64,000 nt of DNA, taken from Bacteriovoracaceae bacterium. GTDB taxonomy: Bacteria > Bdellovibrionota > Bacteriovoracia > Bacteriovoracales > Bacteriovoracaceae. The notes beneath the pieces were generated by a model, which was not told the origin of the DNA, made no database searches, and saw only the letters and a list, made by a program, of their open reading frames with translations. The position numbers and the translations under genes are program-made. Of the stretch, positions 48,744 to 58,981 are shown piece after piece. Position 1 is the first letter of the stretch, and every line of letters starts with the position of its first letter. The stretch spans positions 192,001 through 256,000 of the forward strand of contig JBLWTJ010000003.1 of the NCBI GenBank assembly GCA_048270185.1, in the 5' to 3' direction.

Positions 48744-49187
48744 ATGAGCAACTACGAATATAAAGAATATATTGAAATTACTGATGAAGTATTTGAAATC
48801 GTCTCTCAAACGAATTCACATATTTTCAGTACGCCTTATTGTAAGGATCGTATGTACGAGAAAACTCGTGGGTGTAAGAAATTTCTAGCTCAATTCTTCT
48901 TTGATGGAAGTCAGCCGATAGCTTTTAAAGTTGGTTATGACTGTGGTGATCACTTCTATAGTTGGGTCGGAGGCGTTATGCCATTTTACCGCGGGCAAGG
49001 CCTCGCTAAGAAGATGATGGATCGACAACATGAGTGGGTCAAAGAGCAAGGCTTTAGGCGAATTAGAACCCATACCGACGCGCGCTTTCCTGAGATGATT
49101 GATCTTAATAATAAATATGGATTTAAGCTCGTTGGAACGCGAATTAAAGCAGATTTAGAACAACTAATCTTAGAGAAATCTTTCTAA
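48744..49187 (+). CDS. GNAT family N-acetyltransferase
   Basis: YSWVGGVMPFYRGQGLA, MIDLNNKYGF. Confidence 0.9.
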   Translation: MSNYEYKEYIEITDEVFEIVSQTNSHIFSTPYCKDRMYEKTRGCKKFLAQFFFDGSQPIAFKVGYDCGDHFYSWVGGVMPFYRGQGLAKKMMDRQHEWVKEQGFRRIRTHTDARFPEMIDLNNKYGFKLVGTRIKADLEQLILEKSF

Positions 49188-49273
49188 TTCTTAAGTTTAC
49201 ATAAACCTAACAATACTTCGATTGACCCATACATGATTTCTAGGTGACAATATTCTTATACTAAGGAGTATCA

Positions 49274-49954
49274 ATGAAATCGATTACGATCATCTTAATG
49301 AGCTTACTAGCTCTATCATCTTTTGCTGATTCATCTCTTCAAGAAAGACTTGATAGCCGCAGAGATAGCGCTAATAAGAAAAGACCTGAAGAAGTAAAGA
49401 AAGTTATGGATGATGCTTTAAAAGAACTTCAACAATCTGGCATTGTACAAAAAAGTATTAAGCAAGGAACAAAGGTTCCAAGTTTTGAGCTTGATGGTAA
49501 GAATATCAGTGAATACTACAAAGATGGAAATATCATTATAAGTTTTTACCGCGGAAGTTGGTGTCCATACTGTATGATGCAGTTAAAAGAATTTGAAAAG
49601 TACTATAGTGATATACAAAAGAAAGGTGGTAAGCTTTTAGTTCTTGCTCCTGATACAAAGATGGAAATTGCAAAGACTAAGAGAAATCATAAATTATCAT
49701 TTCCGATTTTTTCAGATAAAGATAATCTGATTGCTAAGAAATTTGGGCTTGCTTTCAAATTAGGTGATGAGCTCAAAAAAGTTTATACAAAGTTTGGTAT
49801 TGATTTAGAGAAGAATCAAGGCAATGAGAGCTTTGAGATACCTCTTCCTGGAACATATGTTGTTAATAAGGAAGGTCAGATTATCTACGCTTTTGCTGAT
49901 GCAGATTATACAAAGAGAGCAGAACCAAAAGACTTAATTAAATACCTAGAATAG
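49274..49954 (+). CDS. exported peroxiredoxin-like AhpC/TSA protein
   Basis: Signal peptide, FYRGSWCPYC, PLPGTYV, DYTKRAEP. Confidence 0.9.
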   Translation: MKSITIILMSLLALSSFADSSLQERLDSRRDSANKKRPEEVKKVMDDALKELQQSGIVQKSIKQGTKVPSFELDGKNISEYYKDGNIIISFYRGSWCPYCMMQLKEFEKYYSDIQKKGGKLLVLAPDTKMEIAKTKRNHKLSFPIFSDKDNLIAKKFGLAFKLGDELKKVYTKFGIDLEKNQGNESFEIPLPGTYVVNKEGQIIYAFADADYTKRAEPKDLIKYLE

Positions 49955-49965
49955 AAGGAAGAACT

Positions 49966-50367
49966 ATGCATCAGGGCTCTTGTTTATGTGGAAGTGTTAA
50001 ATTTGAAATGGATGGTGAATTTGACCGCTTTTTCTTATGTCATTGTACATATTGCCAAAAAGATACAGGCTCATCGAATGCGGCCAATTTATTTGCTTCA
50101 AATACAAGGTTTGAATGGCTATCTGGATCTGAGAAAGTGAAGACCTATCGTCTTCCTGAAACAAGGCATTCAAAGAGCTTTTGCACTGAGTGTGGCTCAT
50201 CCCTTCCAACTGTTGTTAAGGATGGATCCCTCGTTGTTATTCCTGCTGGATGTCTTGATAGTGAAGTGACGATTGAACCTAGTGCTCATCTTTTTATGAA
50301 GAGTAAGGCCAACTGGGAAGAGGGACTTGAGTCAATTAAGAGCTTTGATGGTTTTCCTGATATATAA
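49966..50367 (+). CDS. GFA family protein
   Basis: GSCLCG, CHCTYCQK, FCTECGS. Confidence 0.92.
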   Translation: MHQGSCLCGSVKFEMDGEFDRFFLCHCTYCQKDTGSSNAANLFASNTRFEWLSGSEKVKTYRLPETRHSKSFCTECGSSLPTVVKDGSLVVIPAGCLDSEVTIEPSAHLFMKSKANWEEGLESIKSFDGFPDI

Positions 50368-50423
50368 ACTGAAAGAATGCAGTGCGACTATTTTTGCTTT
50401 AGAATATAGCGTATAAAATATCT

Positions 50424-50792
50424 ATGTTTAGATATTTAGTTATTACCTTATCAGTTATTTTATCGACGACAGCTTATGCTCAATCTGAATCTAAGCAAGA
50501 TCTAATATGTGCAATCAAGTCGGCAACCTATTATAAGAAAATTCTTGAGTCTCAGAGTCTTGAAGTCGATAAATTTAGGCATTGTAGTGTTTCATGTATT
50601 GTTGGCATTGAGTGTGGAGTTGGCCCTAGTGCTGTAATTGGCGTCGCAAAAGAAATTTATGATCTCTTCGGTGGAGGAACTCCAGAGCTTGCTGACCTCT
50701 TGGCCAATATTCGTGGAATAAAATTAGGGCAACAATCAGATATTCAAAACTTTGAAGAGTGTAAGACAGCTTGCCTCAAGATATATGAATAA
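50424..50792 (+). CDS. small secreted Cys-containing protein
   Basis: Signal peptide ending AYA; DKFRHCSVSC...KEIYD...DLLAN motif. Confidence 0.75.
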   Translation: MFRYLVITLSVILSTTAYAQSESKQDLICAIKSATYYKKILESQSLEVDKFRHCSVSCIVGIECGVGPSAVIGVAKEIYDLFGGGTPELADLLANIRGIKLGQQSDIQNFEECKTACLKIYE

Positions 50793-51498
50793 ACTCCTTC
50801 TCATTCTTTTAATCACAGCTAATTTAAGTACTCATGCAAATGAATGTGGGGAATTACTATCTAATTTCACATCTCCTGTATGCACTGATGCTAAGTATAT
50901 TTTTTGGACAGGAACGGCCATTACGATAGGTTTTAAAATATTAAAAGATGAAAAAGGTGTGGATGAAATTCAAAAGCGTGCAGCTCAGAAAAATCACTTA
51001 AAAGGCCTTGGAGAGTTTGGTGGTGATATTGGATATGGCTTTCTAAATATAGGCTATATTGTTGGCCAATATTTCTGGGGTGGCAATACTGGAAAGCACA
51101 GAGCACAGCATATGTTTGAAGCTACTGCTTATACCCTCGGAACAACAATGGCCTTGAAATATAGCGTCGATGAAGCAAGGCCTGGCTTTCCTGACCAACA
51201 TGACTCATTTCCTTCTGGGCATTCATCGGCATCATTTGCTTTTGCCTCTGTTGTTACCGCTCAGCACGGTTGGAAGTGGGGGGCAGCTGCTCATCTTGCA
51301 GCAGTCTTTATAGCCTTTAGTCGTCTCAATGATGACTGGCACTATATGCATGATGTGACAGCAGGTATGACAATAGGAATGAGTTATGGTTGGGGAATAT
51401 TCTACAACCATATCGATTATAATAAGCCTTATTGGTTCACTATACTTCCAAGTGAGAATCTTGATGGAGTAAATATTGGATTATCTGCTTCTTTCTGA
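50785..51498 (+). CDS. PAP2 family phosphatase
   Basis: K......RP, SFPSGH, SRL....HY..D; start coupled to the upstream stop. Confidence 0.9.
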   Translation: MNKLLLILLITANLSTHANECGELLSNFTSPVCTDAKYIFWTGTAITIGFKILKDEKGVDEIQKRAAQKNHLKGLGEFGGDIGYGFLNIGYIVGQYFWGGNTGKHRAQHMFEATAYTLGTTMALKYSVDEARPGFPDQHDSFPSGHSSASFAFASVVTAQHGWKWGAAAHLAAVFIAFSRLNDDWHYMHDVTAGMTIGMSYGWGIFYNHIDYNKPYWFTILPSENLDGVNIGLSASF

Positions 51499-51557
51499 TT
51501 TACTTTTTTAATTTTAAATTAACTTAATTGGCATCTATTTAAAGTCGATGCGTTAGC

Positions 51558-53573
51558 ATGGTTGAAATGTCTAAGGTAAGTGGTCAATTAAATTTTTTTG
51601 GATTTCACTTATCGAAAATATCATTCACAATATTAGTTCTGGGATTGGCCTTCCTTTCACTATTATATTTTCAAAGAGAAGAAGTACTTAGAGAAAGTAT
51701 AAAAGAGAAGTTCATCAACGATGCAAATGAAATTACTGCAGGAATTACTTCAAATAAGAAAATACGCGAAGAGGCCCTCATTGGGATCGGCCAGTTCTTC
51801 AGTTCATCACTTAATGTAAATCAATGGGAGTTTAAAAACTATACTTCGATTATTATTGAGAATCTTGAAGTCTTGGCCATATGTTACTTTGGAGCTGATG
51901 GTAGAAATTATGAGAGTACAAGTTCTAAAGGAAAAATTTGCGGAAAGTTTGCTAATGATACTAGCTCAAGCTTTGATACAACAACTTCTGATCTAATTCT
52001 CCATGGAGATGTCCGTTCTGCTGATGGCACTGAAGGACACCTTATTATGGTTGTACCTTTTTCAACACTTTTGCCTAATGATAAGATTATAAAAGGGGAT
52101 TCAGAGTTTAGAGTAAACCTCGATGCTGGAAATAGAAATGTCTCGGAAGAATATTACTTTTTTCGTGATAAGAATGTCTTCGTAAAAGATGGTGAAACAA
52201 GTTTTTATATAACTGTTATGAATCCCATTCAAATATCAACACTATCATTTTCTTTTGATTATGTTTTAGTATTACTTTTGTACTCGGCTTTACTTGTTTT
52301 GTCTGTCTATACAGTTGAGACAGGATTGCGACGAGAGTATCTTATTTCGATGAAGGTACACCGACAAGAAATTGCGATAAAGAGACAATATGAAGAATTG
52401 GCCAAGCAAAAAATGATTGTTAGTCGAAATGAAAGACTTGCTTCTATTGGACTTCTCGCTGCTGGTATCGGTCATGAAATAAATAACCCGCTTACGATCA
52501 TTCTTGGTTATTTAAACTCTGTGAGAAAAGGACTCTTACAAAGAGATTACGCCGAAGTAAGCTCTAAAGTTTTAAAAATTGAAAGTGCTGCTTTTCGCAT
52601 TGAGAAGATTGTTTCAGGTCTTAGGAAGTTATCAAGACAGGAAAGACAAGAGCAGACTGAGAGATTTTATGTTAAGGATGTTTTTGATGAAACTATATCT
52701 ATGCTTAAAGATCTCTATGAAAAGAATGGAATTGAAATAACGATGAATCTTTCTTTGGATGATCGCGTGATTATAGAGGGAGATCGAGTAAAGTTTCAGC
52801 AAATTATTGTCAATCTCATTTCAAATGCAAAAGATGCAGTAGAAGGAAAGAAGCATGGCCTTATAAATATAGATGTTAGGCAATTTAAAGACTTTATAGA
52901 TGTTAGTGTAAAAGATAATGGTATCGGTATGACAAAAGAACAGAGTGAAAGTGTATTTGATTTATTCTACACAACCAAAGATGTCGGTAAGGGAACAGGT
53001 ATAGGATTGTCTTTAGTTTATGGATTTGTAAAAGATGAATTTAAAGGCAATATATTTGTTGAAAGTGTGAAAGACAAAGGGACAAGCTTCAAGTTAGTTC
53101 TTCCTGTTAAAGAAGGTGAAATTAATGAGACAGTCTCTGATAATGTTGTAAATCTCTACAAGGAGAAGCAGCTTCCTTGTCACGTTTTAATTGTCGATGA
53201 TGAAGAAGGAATTAGAGACCTCATGCGAGAAATGCTAGAGGATCAGGGAATTAGTGTTAGCCTTGCAAAAGATGGAAAGGAAGCAATGGAGTACTATTTA
53301 AATGATCCTGATTCAATTGATATTGTCATATCTGATTTAAAAATGCCTATCATGGATGGCCCTACTTTAGTTAGAAATATTAGAAAGCAAAACACTCTTA
53401 AACAACCAAAACTAATTCTTTCTACGGGTTGTGTAAATTTACAAACAGAAAGAGGTGGCAATATTGAATCATTGTTAGATGGTGTACTTTATAAGCCTTT
53501 TAGTGAAGAGCGTTTAATGGAATTAATTAGTAATGTCTTAAATGATATCGAAGATAAAAAATTGGTTGCATAG
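51558..53573 (+). CDS. hybrid histidine kinase/response regulator with CHASE-like periplasmic region
   Basis: Two TMs, FFSSSLNVNQWEF, HEINNPL, NLISNAKDA, GKGTGIGL; REC domain IVDDE/SDLKMP/KPF. Confidence 0.92.
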   Translation: MVEMSKVSGQLNFFGFHLSKISFTILVLGLAFLSLLYFQREEVLRESIKEKFINDANEITAGITSNKKIREEALIGIGQFFSSSLNVNQWEFKNYTSIIIENLEVLAICYFGADGRNYESTSSKGKICGKFANDTSSSFDTTTSDLILHGDVRSADGTEGHLIMVVPFSTLLPNDKIIKGDSEFRVNLDAGNRNVSEEYYFFRDKNVFVKDGETSFYITVMNPIQISTLSFSFDYVLVLLLYSALLVLSVYTVETGLRREYLISMKVHRQEIAIKRQYEELAKQKMIVSRNERLASIGLLAAGIGHEINNPLTIILGYLNSVRKGLLQRDYAEVSSKVLKIESAAFRIEKIVSGLRKLSRQERQEQTERFYVKDVFDETISMLKDLYEKNGIEITMNLSLDDRVIIEGDRVKFQQIIVNLISNAKDAVEGKKHGLINIDVRQFKDFIDVSVKDNGIGMTKEQSESVFDLFYTTKDVGKGTGIGLSLVYGFVKDEFKGNIFVESVKDKGTSFKLVLPVKEGEINETVSDNVVNLYKEKQLPCHVLIVDDEEGIRDLMREMLEDQGISVSLAKDGKEAMEYYLNDPDSIDIVISDLKMPIMDGPTLVRNIRKQNTLKQPKLILSTGCVNLQTERGGNIESLLDGVLYKPFSEERLMELISNVLNDIEDKKLVA

Positions 53574-53734
53574 TTTTTTATCTTTTAATTTCAATAGTTT
53601 GTTTGTTTCTTGTAAAGTTTGTCATTTCTTTTACAAGAACTTCCTTCTCCCTATCTATTACTGTCTTAATGAGTTAAAATATATTTATAAGAGGTTGGAG
53701 ATCATGCTGATCTTTAACAAACGTGGAGGACCTT

Positions 53735-53980
53735 ATGAAAAAATTATTATTAATTGTCCTTTTTCTCATTTCTAGTTTTTCTTTCGCTGGAAGCGCAGGA
53801 AACTCTAGCAGCTCTGCTCTTAATGAATACCAAGACCCAGCTTTAAATGTTGATAAAGGGTATAATGACGCTAAGTATTTGGATCAAAAAAAAGCTGAAG
53901 AAAAGCGTTTTCAAAAATCTGGCTTTAATCTACTACAAGATGTGAGTCAGATCTTTCAAGTTGAAAGAAATCATAACTAA
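53735..53980 (+). CDS. small secreted hypothetical protein
   Basis: GGAGG RBS, signal peptide ending SFA, terminator follows. Confidence 0.75.
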   Translation: MKKLLLIVLFLISSFSFAGSAGNSSSSALNEYQDPALNVDKGYNDAKYLDQKKAEEKRFQKSGFNLLQDVSQIFQVERNHN

Positions 53981-53989
53981 ATAAGAGAG

Positions 53990-54014
53990 GGCCACTTTAA
54001 TAGTGGCCTTTTTT
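53990..54014 (+). terminator. intrinsic terminator
   Basis: ggccact-ttaat-agtggcc followed by T6. Confidence 0.8.
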
Positions 54015-54071
54015 ATTGATTAAATTTCCTTTATTTAAAAACCTGATATTTATTACTTTTTTTTCTGATTC

Positions 54072-54085
54072 ATGATTTGAATCAT
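54072..54085. promoter_or_regulatory. Crp/Fnr-like box
   Basis: ATGAT-ttga-ATCAT palindrome about 60 nt upstream of the hemerythrin-like gene. Confidence 0.45.
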
Positions 54086-54145
54086 ATATTATTATTCGCT
54101 AAGCGTTAATATGATATTCAACATATTAATACTTGGGGATATTTC

Positions 54146-54637
54146 GTGAATTCAATTACTAACATATTCAAAACGATCAATGAGCTTTCAAATTATCACG
54201 ATAAAATTCGTCAGGAATTCAAAGGATTAATTACGCTCGCAAATGAAGTTGAAACTAAGACATCGACTTTGGGAAACACACCAAAGAATATCACAAAATT
54301 TCTTCTTAGATTTTGGGTAACTGTTGAAGCCGATATGCAAAAAGAAGAGAGATCGATATTTCCACTGGTTATAGAAGGAAGTAGAGAAAAGCTTAGAGCA
54401 TACATGAAAGAGCTAATCTCTGAGCATATTGCACAAGAAATGGAGCTAGAGTATTTAATTTCTCTGGTTGAAGAATACCAAATCAAAGATGATTTAAGTG
54501 AAGAATGGAAGCATCTAATTTCTAGAATTCAAAAAACAGTTAGTGGCCTTAAGAATCATATGGCAATTGAAAATCAAATCTTAATGTATTATATCGGTGA
54601 AGAAATTACTGATATTGATATAAAAGAAGTTATTTAA
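54146..54637 (+). CDS. hemerythrin-like (Ric/YtfE C-terminal type) protein
   Basis: H..IR, MQKEERSIFP, ISEH, HMAIENQIL. Confidence 0.75.
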   Translation: MNSITNIFKTINELSNYHDKIRQEFKGLITLANEVETKTSTLGNTPKNITKFLLRFWVTVEADMQKEERSIFPLVIEGSREKLRAYMKELISEHIAQEMELEYLISLVEEYQIKDDLSEEWKHLISRIQKTVSGLKNHMAIENQILMYYIGEEITDIDIKEVI

Positions 54638-54638
54638 T

Positions 54639-55511
54639 TTAAAATACATCAAACTCCTTGAGAAATAATTTCACGGCAGGAGTTATTAATTTCCTTGAAG
54701 GAGTCAGTGCCCATATTGGAACTGGCTCTTCAGTATAGTTTTCAAGAATCGGAGTGAGAGATTTATTTCTAATATGTTCTTCTAGGTAAACACTTGGAAG
54801 CCTACATATACCAAGCCCTTGAATGGCCGCATTCATTGTGGCCCTTGCATTTGTACTCTTAAAATTTCCACTTATTCTTACTCTTTGTCTGCCTTCTGAA
54901 CTTTTAAAGCTCCAGGTTGGGTTACTACCGCTAAGACAATTATGCTGACTTAAATCCTTTGGTCTCTTTGGTGTTCCATATTTTTGAAGGTAGCTAGGAG
55001 ATGCAACAATATATTCTTTTCGATCAGCTATTTGAATAGCGTGCCCCTTTGTGGGCCTTTTATCTGTTACTCTAATTGCGAGGTCAAATTCTCCCGAAGT
55101 AATATCAATAATCTCGGTAGAAAAGACTAGCTCAGCTTCGATCTCTGGATGATTCATGAGAATTTTAGAAATAACTGGCGCGATAATATCTTCGCCATAA
55201 GCTCCTGCTAAAGTTATTCTAAATTTTTCCTTAGGAACTTCAATATTTTCTTTGGACTTCTTAGTAAAGCTTTCTATTTCTTCAATTTGATTTTCACAAA
55301 TATGAAAGTAATTTCGACCAAAGTCGGTGAAGTCAACATAGCGAGTATTTCTCTTAAATAGTGCTTGGCCCAGGTTTGTCTCTAATTCCTTAACCGCCTT
55401 ACTCAGTTGGGAGCGAGATATTCCTAGTTCATCGGCCGCTTTAGTAAATGACTTAAATTGTGCAACTTTAACAAAACTATAGACTAGTGTGAGATTCTTT
55501 ATTGTTTCCAT
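54639..55511 (-). CDS. LysR family regulator divergent from frmA
   Basis: SFTKAADELGISRSQLSKAVKELE..LG..LFKRNTR; PSYL...GTP..P.DL..HNCL. Confidence 0.93.
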   Translation of the reverse strand: METIKNLTLVYSFVKVAQFKSFTKAADELGISRSQLSKAVKELETNLGQALFKRNTRYVDFTDFGRNYFHICENQIEEIESFTKKSKENIEVPKEKFRITLAGAYGEDIIAPVISKILMNHPEIEAELVFSTEIIDITSGEFDLAIRVTDKRPTKGHAIQIADRKEYIVASPSYLQKYGTPKRPKDLSQHNCLSGSNPTWSFKSSEGRQRVRISGNFKSTNARATMNAAIQGLGICRLPSVYLEEHIRNKSLTPILENYTEEPVPIWALTPSRKLITPAVKLFLKEFDVF

Positions 55512-55522
55512 ATGTAAACAAT
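55501..55522. promoter_or_regulatory. inverted repeat over the LysR start, likely autoregulatory operator
   Basis: attgttt-N8-aaacaat. Confidence 0.5.
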
Positions 55523-55593
55523 GTGTACTGTGAGGTCACAGTTGTCAACAATTTAAAGCGCGGATATAATATCTCATCACAATAATCTAATAA

Positions 55594-56718
<1,125 letters not shown>

Positions 56719-56720
56719 GA

Positions 56721-57557
56721 TTGATAATGAATATTACAGAAATAAAATCAGTTAAAACTTTTGAAGGTCACACTAAGTATTTTGAACATGACTCTCGTAT
56801 GACTAAGACTAAGATGAAGTTTTCAACATTCATTCCTAAGTCAGAAAAGATTGATTCGGCAATTATTTGGCTTTCGGGTCTTACTTGTACGGAAGAGAAT
56901 TTTATTACAAAGGCAGGAGCACAGAACTATCTTAAAGATACAAATACAATGATTATTTGTCCTGATACTTCTCCTCGTGGCCTTGATCTTCCTGGCGAAC
57001 ATGAAAGTTATGACTTTGGTTCTGGTGCAGGTTTTTATGTTAATGCTACATCAGAAGGTTATAAAGATCATTATCGAATGTATGACTATGTAACGATTGA
57101 GTTAGTTGAAGTACTAAAGGATTTCTTCAAGGTTTCTAACCTTGCTATCATGGGACACTCAATGGGTGGCCATGGTGCACTTGTTCTGGGACTTAGAAAT
57201 GAAAATCTTTTTAAAAGTGTTTCGGCTTTTTCTCCAATAGTAAATCCACTAGAGTGTCCTTGGGGACAAAAGGCCCTAAAGGGTTATCTAGGGGAGAGTC
57301 TTGAAGGTGCGTCTGACTATGATGCCACAAAACTCGTTGCTTCTGGTGTTAAGAGAGCAGATACAATTTTAATCGATCAAGGTCTTGCTGATGAGTTCTA
57401 CCCTGATCAGCTCTTAACTAGTAATCTTGAAAAAGTTGCAAGTGAAGCTGGTCAAAAGTTAGAAGTGAAATATAGAGAAGGCTATGATCATAGCTACTTT
57501 TATATTTCGACTTTTATCGGTGAGCATATTAAATTTCACCTACAAAATTTAAAATAA
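56721..57557 (+). CDS. fghA: S-formylglutathione hydrolase
   Basis: WLSGLTC, PDTSPRG, GHSMGGHGA, GYDHSYF. Confidence 0.96.
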   Translation: MIMNITEIKSVKTFEGHTKYFEHDSRMTKTKMKFSTFIPKSEKIDSAIIWLSGLTCTEENFITKAGAQNYLKDTNTMIICPDTSPRGLDLPGEHESYDFGSGAGFYVNATSEGYKDHYRMYDYVTIELVEVLKDFFKVSNLAIMGHSMGGHGALVLGLRNENLFKSVSAFSPIVNPLECPWGQKALKGYLGESLEGASDYDATKLVASGVKRADTILIDQGLADEFYPDQLLTSNLEKVASEAGQKLEVKYREGYDHSYFYISTFIGEHIKFHLQNLK

Positions 57558-57592
57558 AATATAAGCCTACTGGAAACAGTAGGCTTATATTT
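57557..57592. terminator. 16-bp perfect hairpin with GAAA loop, bidirectional terminator
   Basis: aaatataagcctactg-gaaa-cagtaggcttatattt between convergent genes. Confidence 0.8.
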
Positions 57593-57596
57593 CTAA

Positions 57597-57896
57597 TTAA
57601 AGAATGAAAACGTCGAATTCAACGATGTCACATCTCTCATCAAGAGTTGCATTCATTTCATAAACACCGTAGTAAGTATTAAATAGGCCCCAGTAAATTT
57701 CGTTACCTTTATCGTCTTGTCCTTTTGAAGTAAGAGTAATTTGCCATTGGTTCAGTGCATCTTCATATGTTTCACCAAGCTGTTGAGCAGCGGCATCCAC
57801 TAGTTGAATTTCTGCTTCTTCACCACAAGATTGCATTGCTTGTGCAGAAGTTAGAGAAAGCATAGAAAGTAGGATTACATTTAAGATAAATTTCAT
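57597..57896 (-). CDS. small acidic secreted protein
   Basis: AAGGAG RBS, MKFILNVILLSMLSLTSAQA signal peptide, two Cys. Confidence 0.78.
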   Translation of the reverse strand: MKFILNVILLSMLSLTSAQAMQSCGEEAEIQLVDAAAQQLGETYEDALNQWQITLTSKGQDDKGNEIYWGLFNTYYGVYEMNATLDERCDIVEFDVFIL

Positions 57897-57999
57897 GGAA
57901 GCTCCTTTAAGTTTGATTAAGGAGCTTATACAAAGACCAAGATTGTCGGTCAATTTAGTTTGAAAATATTAATCTAATCTTGTTGAGCTGTTATTTATT

Positions 58000-58335
58000 T
58001 TAGTTATCTGACATCACATCTTTGACTTGTTTTTGAATATCTTTAAACTGCTTCGAATCAAAGTCGATATTCTTGGCCGCACTATCAACATCGAGGGATA
58101 CATTTCCATTTTTTACCTGTTGAGCAGCAATCTTTCGACCTAAGTCTTTAAGTTCTCCCCACTGTTGGTCTGGCATGGCCTGAAGCTTGTACTTGGCCCT
58201 ATCGGCTTCTTCTTTGCTAATAATACCTTTGGCCACCATTTTATCAATCATGGATACAGTTGTGTTTCGATCTATTCCAATTGCTACTGTGTTAAGACTA
58301 AATAAGATAAAACTAGTTAATAAAATAGCTTTCAT
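58000..58335 (-). CDS. small secreted hypothetical protein
   Basis: GAGG RBS, MKAILL... signal peptide. Confidence 0.75.
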   Translation of the reverse strand: MKAILLTSFILFSLNTVAIGIDRNTTVSMIDKMVAKGIISKEEADRAKYKLQAMPDQQWGELKDLGRKIAAQQVKNGNVSLDVDSAAKNIDFDSKQFKDIQKQVKDVMSDN

Positions 58336-58380
58336 CAGGCCCTCTCTTTTTATCAATAAAGTATTATAGTTAGATTTTAT

Positions 58381-58408
58381 TAATCGGCTAAACTTAATGA
58401 AATATTAA
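58381..58408 (-). promoter_or_regulatory. sigma28 (FliA)-like promoter
   Basis: Minus strand TTAA-N16-GCCGATTA (equivalently TAAT-N15). Confidence 0.55.
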
Positions 58409-58480
58409 TAGTTTAGAACATTGATCTATTTATTTTTAGCGTTTATAGTGGCAATAATTAGTGGATGAAAGGAGGTTGAA

Positions 58481-58939
58481 ATGAAGTTTCTCCATACAAT
58501 GGTTAGAGTTGAAAACCTTGAAGAAAGCTTAGACTTTTACTGTAATAAACTAGGGCTTGTTGAGGCCCATCGCTATGAAAGTGAAGAGGGGCGCTTCTCA
58601 CTTATTTATCTTTGTGCATCTGAAGATTTAAATCGCGCGATGGAAGACAAGGCGCCTCTTTTAGAACTTACTTATAATTGGCCAGATAAAGATGGTAATT
58701 TTGAAAGAATGCCAAAGAGTAGCCGAAATTGGGGACACCTTGCATTTGAAGTTGAAGATATCTATGAGACTTGTCAAAAATTAATGGATCAAGGTGTTGT
58801 TATAAACCGTCCACCACGTGATGGTTATATGGCCTTTTTAAAATCACCAGATGATATTTCAATTGAGCTACTTCAAAAAGGTGAGAAGCTTGAGCCAGCT
58901 TCCCCTTGGAAAGAAATGGAAAACACTGGGACTTGGTAA
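58481..58939 (+). CDS. gloA: lactoylglutathione lyase (glyoxalase I)
   Basis: LHTMVRV, FSLIYL, LELTYNW, GHLAFEV, SPD...IEL. Confidence 0.92.
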   Translation: MKFLHTMVRVENLEESLDFYCNKLGLVEAHRYESEEGRFSLIYLCASEDLNRAMEDKAPLLELTYNWPDKDGNFERMPKSSRNWGHLAFEVEDIYETCQKLMDQGVVINRPPRDGYMAFLKSPDDISIELLQKGEKLEPASPWKEMENTGTW

Positions 58940-58981
58940 TATATATTGGACGTGGCCATGTTTCTCTCTTAGAATTGAAAC

